Below are positions 32,686 through 39,663 of a DNA stretch of 39,663 nt, in pieces (position 1 is the stretch's first letter; the number at the start of each line of letters is the position of its first letter). The notes below the pieces were generated by a model, which saw only the letters and a list, made by a program, of their open reading frames with translations, was not told the origin of the DNA and made no database searches. The position numbers and the translations under genes are program-made. This DNA is from Octopus bimaculoides (taxonomy: Eukaryota). Location: positions 27,321,748 through 27,361,410 of the forward strand of contig NC_069003.1 of assembly GCF_001194135.2 (NCBI RefSeq). The letters are read 5' to 3'.

Positions 32686-32893
32686 TGGTGAGCTGGCAGA
32701 AACGTTAGCACGTTGGGCGAAATGCTTAACAGTGTTTCGTCTGCCGTTACGTTCTGTGTTCAAATTCCGCCGAGGTCGACTTTGCTTTTCATCCTTTCGT
32801 GGTCGATAAATTAAGTATCAGTAGCGCACTGGGATCGATGTAGTCGACTTACCCGCCTCCCCAAAACTGCTGGCCTTGTACCAAGATTTAAAA
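32686..32893 (+). mobile_element. SINE family A2, followed by the start of another A copy at the gap
   Basis: gagctggcagaaacgttagc...gttcaaattccgccgagg...ggccttgtacc. Confidence 0.85.
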
Positions 32894-34400
32894 CCATTAA
32901 GGTGGCGAGCTAGCAGAAANNNNNNNNNNNNNNNNNNNNNNNNNNNNNNNNNNNNNNNNNNNNNNNNNNNNNNNNNNNNNNNNNNNNNNNNNNNNNNNNN
33001 NNNNNNNNNNNNNNNNNNNNNNNNNNNNNNNNNNNNNNNNNNNNNNNNNNNNNNNNNNNNNNNNNNNNNNNNNNNNNNNNNNNNNNNNNNNNNNNNNNNN
33101 NNNNNNNNNNNNNNNNNNNNNNNNNNNNNNNNNNNNNNNNNNNNNNNNNNNNNNNNNNNNNNNNNNNNNNNNNNNNNNNNNNNNNNNNNNNNNNNNNNNN
33201 NNNNNNNNNNNNNNNNNNNNNNNNNNNNNNNNNNNNNNNNNNNNNNNNNNNNNNNNNNNNNNNNNNNNNNNNNNNNNNNNNNNNNNNNNNNNNNNNNNNN
33301 NNNNNNNNNNNNNNNNNNNNNNNNNNNNNNNNNNNNNNNNNNNNNNNNNNNNNNNNNNNNNNNNNNNNNNNNNNNNNNNNNNNNNNNNNNNNNNNNNNNN
33401 NNNNNNNNNNNNNNNNNNNNNNNNNNNNNNNNNNNNNNNNNNNNNNNNNAAAAAAAAAAAAAAAAAAAAAAAAGATAAGTGCTGAGATTGATTCGTTTGG
33501 CTAAATCCTTCAAGGTGAAGCCCCGGCATGGCCACAGTCAAATAACTGAAATAAAGAAAAGATAAACCTGCCTCGGGTCAGGATTGAAACCTAACCACCG
33601 CTTTGGCACGTTAAGTGAGATATATGTCTATATGTGTGTGTGTGTGTGTGTGTGTGTAAACGCACTTAGATATCCATACATAGTCTTGTTATTGTTTCTA
33701 TATTTTTACGTGCGTGTGTTTGCCGTTATGGTTGTTGTTTGGTTCTAACGAAATGGTCAGTGTCGTATTTATTATTTTTTCTATATATAAATGGAGAATG
33801 CATTTGTTTATGTTCGGGTCCGAAGACGACGACTCGTTCATTATAAACGTAAGTTAGGTTGAGCTGCCTGTTTGCAAGAGTACATGTAGTCGTGCAGTAA
33901 CATAACTTCGAACCCACACAGCCATACGTACAGAAGAAGGAAAGCAAAATATATCGAGCAAGATCTTGAAGAGTTAAGCTAAAATACCTCAACCCCTTCC
34001 TCTTTGCTACTCCTCTATATAAACCATAGACTCATTCTCCTTCTCTTTCTTACTCGGTCTTTTCTTCTCTCTTTCTCTTCTCCATTGTGTTTTTCTCTTC
34101 ACCCATCTCTCTGCTCTGTTGTAACGCGCACACACATATTCTCTCTCTCCCTTTCCCCCTCTCTCTCTCCCTTCCCCCTTCTCTCCTCTTGTTTTGTCCT
34201 TTTAGATTCAACCACTTTCTCTATTTCATCATCACTTATCACTCACTCTCTCTCTCTCTCTCTCTCTTTCTATCTCTATCACCGCTTTCTCTTCTCTTGC
34301 ACACACACGCATTATCGATCTTTCACTCTCACAAACGATCTCTTCCTCTTCCCCGCCTGCACCCCCCTCTCTCTCTCTATCTATCTATCTATCTATCTAC

Positions 34401-34435
<35 letters not shown>

Positions 34436-34440
34436 ACAAT

Positions 34441-34479
<39 letters not shown>

Positions 34480-34851
34480 ATCTATGACCCCTTTTGATCG
34501 CCCCCCCCCCCTTGTTCCCTTCCTACGATCCCTTTTGATCGACACACCCCTATTTTTTTTCCTTCCCCCTCCCAAAAAGAAAAGCTCTACATTGTATTTG
34601 TCCCATCTTTGTTGAGCCCTGTGTGGCTAATAAAAGAAATGTATCTATCTATCTATCTATCCATCTATCTACCTACCTATCTACCTATCTATCTATCCAT
34701 CTCACAATCTATCTATTTCTAGCGATGTCCTTTTCTCAATCTTTGTGGTCCTCTTATCACCTTCAATAATTCCTATTATTACAAAAGTCCCGAAGCGGAT
34801 CAAACACAGATTTCTTGCTTTCCATTTATTAATTACTTAATCTCTTTCTAT

Positions 34852-34885
<34 letters not shown>

Positions 34886-35136
34886 TATTCGACACGTCCG
34901 CCTGCATACATGTATGTGTGTGTGTATGTGTGCCTGTGTGTGTCTATGTGTGGCTGTGTGAGCTTCTGACCGTCTCTCCCCTTTGTCAAAATTAAAAAAA
35001 CAAAAAAAACAAAAGGGGGATTGTGGATATTGTTCGACACGTCCGCCTGCATACATGTATGTGTGTGTGTATGTGTAGATGTGTGTGTGTGGCGCAATAT
35101 AAGCTTGCGCCCGCGCATATGTGTGTGTGTATATAG

Positions 35137-35296
35137 ATGAAAGGCGAGACGACTTTCCCCAAGCGCGGTGCTTCTTCTGTGGCACCAACCACATTTCATC
35201 AGAATCTATTGGACTATCAGTATGGGTAAACAACACTGAGTGTTCGCTTCTCGCCGTAAACCAATCCATGTCGTCTCCGGAGACAGACAAGTTAAG
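35137..35296 (+). CDS. Candidate internal exon (DERRDDFPQARCFFCGTNHISSESIGLSVWVNNTECSLLAVNQSMSSPETDKLR)
   Basis: atatag| acceptor and AAG|gtaaaa donor; open frame, phase 1/2; unique sequence between microsatellites; no homology recognised. Confidence 0.3.
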
Positions 35297-35407
35297 GTAA
35301 AAATTTCTTCATTACAAAGGAAAATTCCCAAAATCTATTTATACAGATGTCACTGTCTGTTTGTCTGTCTGTCTGTTTCTGTATCACTCATACAGCTCTC
35401 TCACTCA

Positions 35408-35445
<38 letters not shown>

Positions 35446-36228
35446 CTCACTCTTTCTCTCTATCTATCTATCTATCTATCTATCCGTCACACATTTAGTT
35501 ACAAGGTGCGATATTGTATATATATGTATATATATATATCGTATACATATATCTATATATATATATATATATATATGTTTATATGTATGTATGTATACAT
35601 GTATTATGTGTGTATATACATATATATATGCATGTATATATGCATAAAATTTTAAAATACATACAACGCCTAATTATTTTATTAGCCACAAGAGCTTACA
35701 TAACAACGGCAAGACATGATAAAACGGGACGATATAATACCAACACATGGAAATATAATTTCGCATTCGTATATCCACATGTATGTGTGCGTATATACAT
35801 GTATAGATGTGTGTGCGTGTGTAATACGCATGTCCCTCTGTATGTGTATATATACACGCATACTTACATACACTTTCCACGAATACACAAACACTTGTTT
35901 GTCACAGAGCGCATTCACAAAAGTACTCTACATGCACTTTTACGTTAAGATTGCTCTGTATATTCCGTTATGCCTCATTTGTCTCCCGCCCCCCACATAC
36001 ATAAATATATATACATTCACACGCAGTATATATACATATACGTTCTGAGTTCAAATTCCGCCGTGGTCGACTTTGCTTTTCATCTTTTCGGGGGTCGATA
36101 AATTAACAATCAGTTGCGTACTGGAGTCGATCTAAAATTTCGGGCCTTGTACCTAGAGTAGAAAAGAATATATATATACATATATTCATATACATCATAC
36201 ATACCAACATGCATATATATACGTGTTG

Positions 36229-36265
<37 letters not shown>

Positions 36266-36445
36266 ACAAATAATAAATGAGTATATGCATATATACGTAC
36301 AGGTATGTGCATACCTACGTCTACCTGTATATATAGGTGCATATCTGGGTACAGGACATTGCAAACAAAACGTAGACAAGAAAATAATAATAACCAGAGT
36401 ACAGAAAACACACAGGCCACATAGAGAACATTTTCCTTCATCAGC

Positions 36446-36525
36446 TACCCCTATTTTAACACCGGCGTTTCGAAATATATATATATATATATATATTTCG
36501 AAACGCCGGTGTTAAAATAGGGGTA
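36446..36525. repeat. Perfect 80-bp palindrome centred on (AT)n
   Basis: tacccctattttaacaccggcgtttcgaa-(AT)n-ttcgaaacgccggtgttaaaataggggta. Confidence 0.95.
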
Positions 36526-37795
36526 TATATATATATATGAGAGAGAGAGAGAGGAGGGTAAAGACTACGCNNNNNNNNNNNNNNNNNNNNNNNNNNNNNN
36601 NNNNNNNNNNNNNNNNNNNNNNNNNNNNNNNNNNNNNNNNNNNNNNNNNNNNNNNNNNNNNNNNNNNNNNNNNNNNNNNNNNNNNNNNNNNNNNNNNNNN
36701 NNNNNNNNNNNNNNNNNNNNNNNNNNNNNNNNNNNNNNNNNNNNNNNNNNNNNNNNNNNNNNNNNNNNNNNNNNNNNNNNNNNNNNNNNNNNNNNNNNNN
36801 NNNNNNNNNNNNNNNNNNNNNNNNNNNNNNNNNNNNNNNNNNNNNNNNNNNNNNNNNNNNNNNNNNNNNNNNNNNNNNNNNNNNNNNNNNNNNNNNNNNN
36901 NNNNNNNNNNNNNNNNNNNNNNNNNNNNNNNNNNNNNNNNNNNNNNNNNNNNNNNNNNNNNNNNNNNNNNNNNNNNNNNNNNNNNNNNNNNNNNNNNNNN
37001 NNNNNNNNNNNNNNNNNNNNNNNNNNNNNNNNNNNNNNNNNNNNNNNNNNNNNNNNNNNNNNNNNNNNNNNNNNNNNNNNNNNNNNNNNNNNNNNNNNNN
37101 NNNNNNNNNNNNNNNNNNNNNNNNNNNNNNNNNNNNNNNNNNNNNNNNNNNNNNNNNNNNNNNNNNNNNNNNNNNNNNNNNNNNNNNNNNNNNNNNNNNN
37201 NNNNNNNNNNNNNNNNNNNNNNNNNNNNNNNNNNNNNNNNNNNNNNNNNNNNNNNNNNNNNNNNNNNNNNNNNNNNNNNNNNNNNNNNNNNNNNNNNNNN
37301 NNNNNNNNNNNNNNNNNNNNNNNNNNNNNNNNNNNNNNNNNNNNNNNNNNNNNNNNNNNNNNNNNNNNNNNCCCTTTTATTTAAATGAGTTTTCCAATGG
37401 ACCACTTTTAATATGTTTATCCTTTGTGGACCACAGGGGTATATATATATATATGAGAGAGAGAGAGAGGAGGGTAAAGACTACGCACACCACCCGTTTT
37501 CGGCGTAACCCTAACCTTAAACACCGGGGATGCGTATTCTTTTCCTTCCTACCAAAACATTGGCGTTTGTGTATATATGTATGTATGTATCCGTCTATTC
37601 CTCGTTCTGTTTATTACGTTCTAGGGATTTCATACCCTTTTTCTATTCATTCAAACGCCCTCCATCCCTCCTTTATATTCTTCCAGAGTCCAACTTTACC
37701 ATTTCTCTTTCGCGTCACACACACGCAATGTGCTCTGTCTTCGGTGTCTAGGTAGATTTTGAAGTTGTATTATTTTGTTCTTTTTATTCTTTTTT

Positions 37796-37979
37796 TTTTG
37801 TTTCAGTCATTTGACTACGGCCATGCTGGAACACCGCCTTTAGCCGAACAAAACGACTTGTTCTTTGTAAGCCTAGTACTTATTCTATCGGTCTCTTTTG
37901 CCGAACTGCTAGTTTACGGGGACGTGAACATAGCAACATCGGTTGTCAAACGATGGTGGGTTACAAACACAGACACACA

Positions 37980-38025
<46 letters not shown>

Positions 38026-38057
38026 NNNNNNNNNNGGGTTACAAACACAGACACACA

Positions 38058-38092
<35 letters not shown>

Positions 38093-38238
38093 GACGGGCT
38101 TCTTTCAGTTTCCCACAAGGGTTTGGTCGGCCCGAGGCTATAGCAGAAGACACTTGCTCAAGGTACCACGCAGTGGGACTGAACCCGGAACCATGTGGCC
38201 GGTGAGCAAGCTACTTACCACACAGCCACTACTGCGCC
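37796..38238 (-). mobile_element. Full-length SINE family B; the internal segment is duplicated across a 9-N gap
   Basis: Matches 8826-9192; gggttacaaacacagacacacaaac(AT)n appears on both sides of 38026-38034. Confidence 0.88.
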
Positions 38239-38366
38239 TTTTACAGTTTCTCTTTATCATTTAGCACACATCATAAAATTCTTAACATAACATTTCTTTT
38301 GTTGCGCATTATATAATTTCTACACACTGTATCGCTATCTCCGTGTGTATGTGTGTGTGTGTGTGC

Positions 38367-38451
<85 letters not shown>

Positions 38452-38490
38452 TGCATATTGGCAACAGGTTAACTTTGTTCGTAATGTTCC

Positions 38491-38522
<32 letters not shown>

Positions 38523-39663
38523 GTCGTCTGTCTACCTGTTTTTATGTTTGCTTCAGTAGCAAATCGGTTCGGTGTATCTGTTTGTCTCTGTTGTTTGTCT
38601 ACCTGTATGTCTGTCTCTTTTTATCTAAACAAAGAACTTTCCGTCAGGTTACCTCGATCTTTTCTTTTCTCTGCTTGTGTTTGTTCGTGTGCATCACCTC
38701 TTTCACTCTGTCTTTTTGTATCCGTCTCTTTCTTTCTCTCTCACTCTCAGTTTCTCCCTTCTTCTCTGCCTGTCTGTCTGTTTTCCTCTCTCTCTCTCTC
38801 TCTGTTTTTTCTGTCTCTCTGTGTCTCGTTTTGTGTCCTTCCTCTCTCCGTTTCTTTGTTTCTCTGTGTTTTTGTTTTCTCTGTGTTTTTCTTCTCTGTT
38901 TCTCTATCTTTCTCTCTCTCTCGCCATCTACCTTACAAACCGTCTACTATTTATTAATCAGTATATTTTTATCTTAGAAATCCCCACTTGCATTTATCGT
39001 CGCACACCGTTTTGCTTTTTCACCGGTAGCGCATTCTTTCAAATACATCACACAATACCACATTGTAATATAACTGTACCGAGACGTGTGTCACTATAGT
39101 GAACTACTTTGCATTGTGATATAACGGTACATTAGGCTTCATTTATTGCAGAATACCCTAACAAATAGTTATTTATAGCAATCTTATATAGCAATGTTTC
39201 AGTCATAGAAGAGTTAGTCGAATAAATCAAACCAAATACTTTTTTTTTTTTTGAATCTGGTACATTTTATACTGGTCTCTTATTGAACCGCTAAATTATG
39301 GTGACGTATTCAGGCTAACACCACTTGTCAGGTGCTGGTGGAGGAGATAAACACAAACACAAAGTCACACACATACAAGAAACTGAGATGACAAAGGAAC
39401 GAACAATTATCTTATTTATTTCATTAGCTTACAGCTGTTTCTGCTGTAGGATATAGTGGACTCACAATTGAATGTAGTCGAGTACCTGGGTAACACCTTA
39501 TTAAGGGGAGGGGGTTAGTCGATTATATCAACTCCAATTCACAACTGGTACTTTTTTTTTTTATTCAACCCCTAAGGTAGCGTTTCCCAACCTTTTCACT
39601 ACCAAGGACCCCTTTTATTTAAATGAGTTTTCCAATGGACCACTTTTAATATGTTTATCCTTA

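Noticed and set aside
36435-36476. Second CTGATGAAGG (minus strand) near GAAACG as another hammerhead
   Set aside because: No stem II hairpin followed by GAAA in type I order, and no stem I in the type II arrangement. It may be Penelope-like debris, and it adjoins a suspect palindrome.
3282-38264. Long ORFs made of X, (YI)n, (HT)n, (CV)n or (SIYL)n
   Set aside because: Artefacts of N gaps and microsatellites, with no coding signal.

Overview
This is eukaryotic, AT-rich, microsatellite-dense scaffold DNA with 8 N-gaps. The tRNA-derived SINE families suggest an octopus (coleoid) genome, which is an inference from repeat content. The one clear gene is a + strand, multi-exon MFS transporter of the SLC18B1 (vesicular polyamine transporter) type. 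Eleven exons can be read between 144 and 11911 with canonical GT-AG sites and consistent phases. One internal exon is missing, probably in the gap at 9216-9639, and a probable terminal exon at 15919-16033 carries an apparent 1-nt frameshift. The rest is mostly mobile DNA: several modular tRNA-headed SINEs, RTE-like LINE tails, decayed Tc1 and mariner transposases, and hAT, Tc1 and piggyBac-type MITEs with visible TIRs and target-site duplications. A few unique-sequence islands may be exons of a second, unidentified gene. The most notable oddities are a minimal hammerhead-ribozyme-like motif in a short insertion about 540 nt after the probable stop codon, a candidate poison exon, long intronic fold-backs and a frame-preserving 57-bp cryptic repeat. 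Nothing prokaryotic or CRISPR-like is present. SINE boundaries are approximate, and family letters A-H are my working labels.
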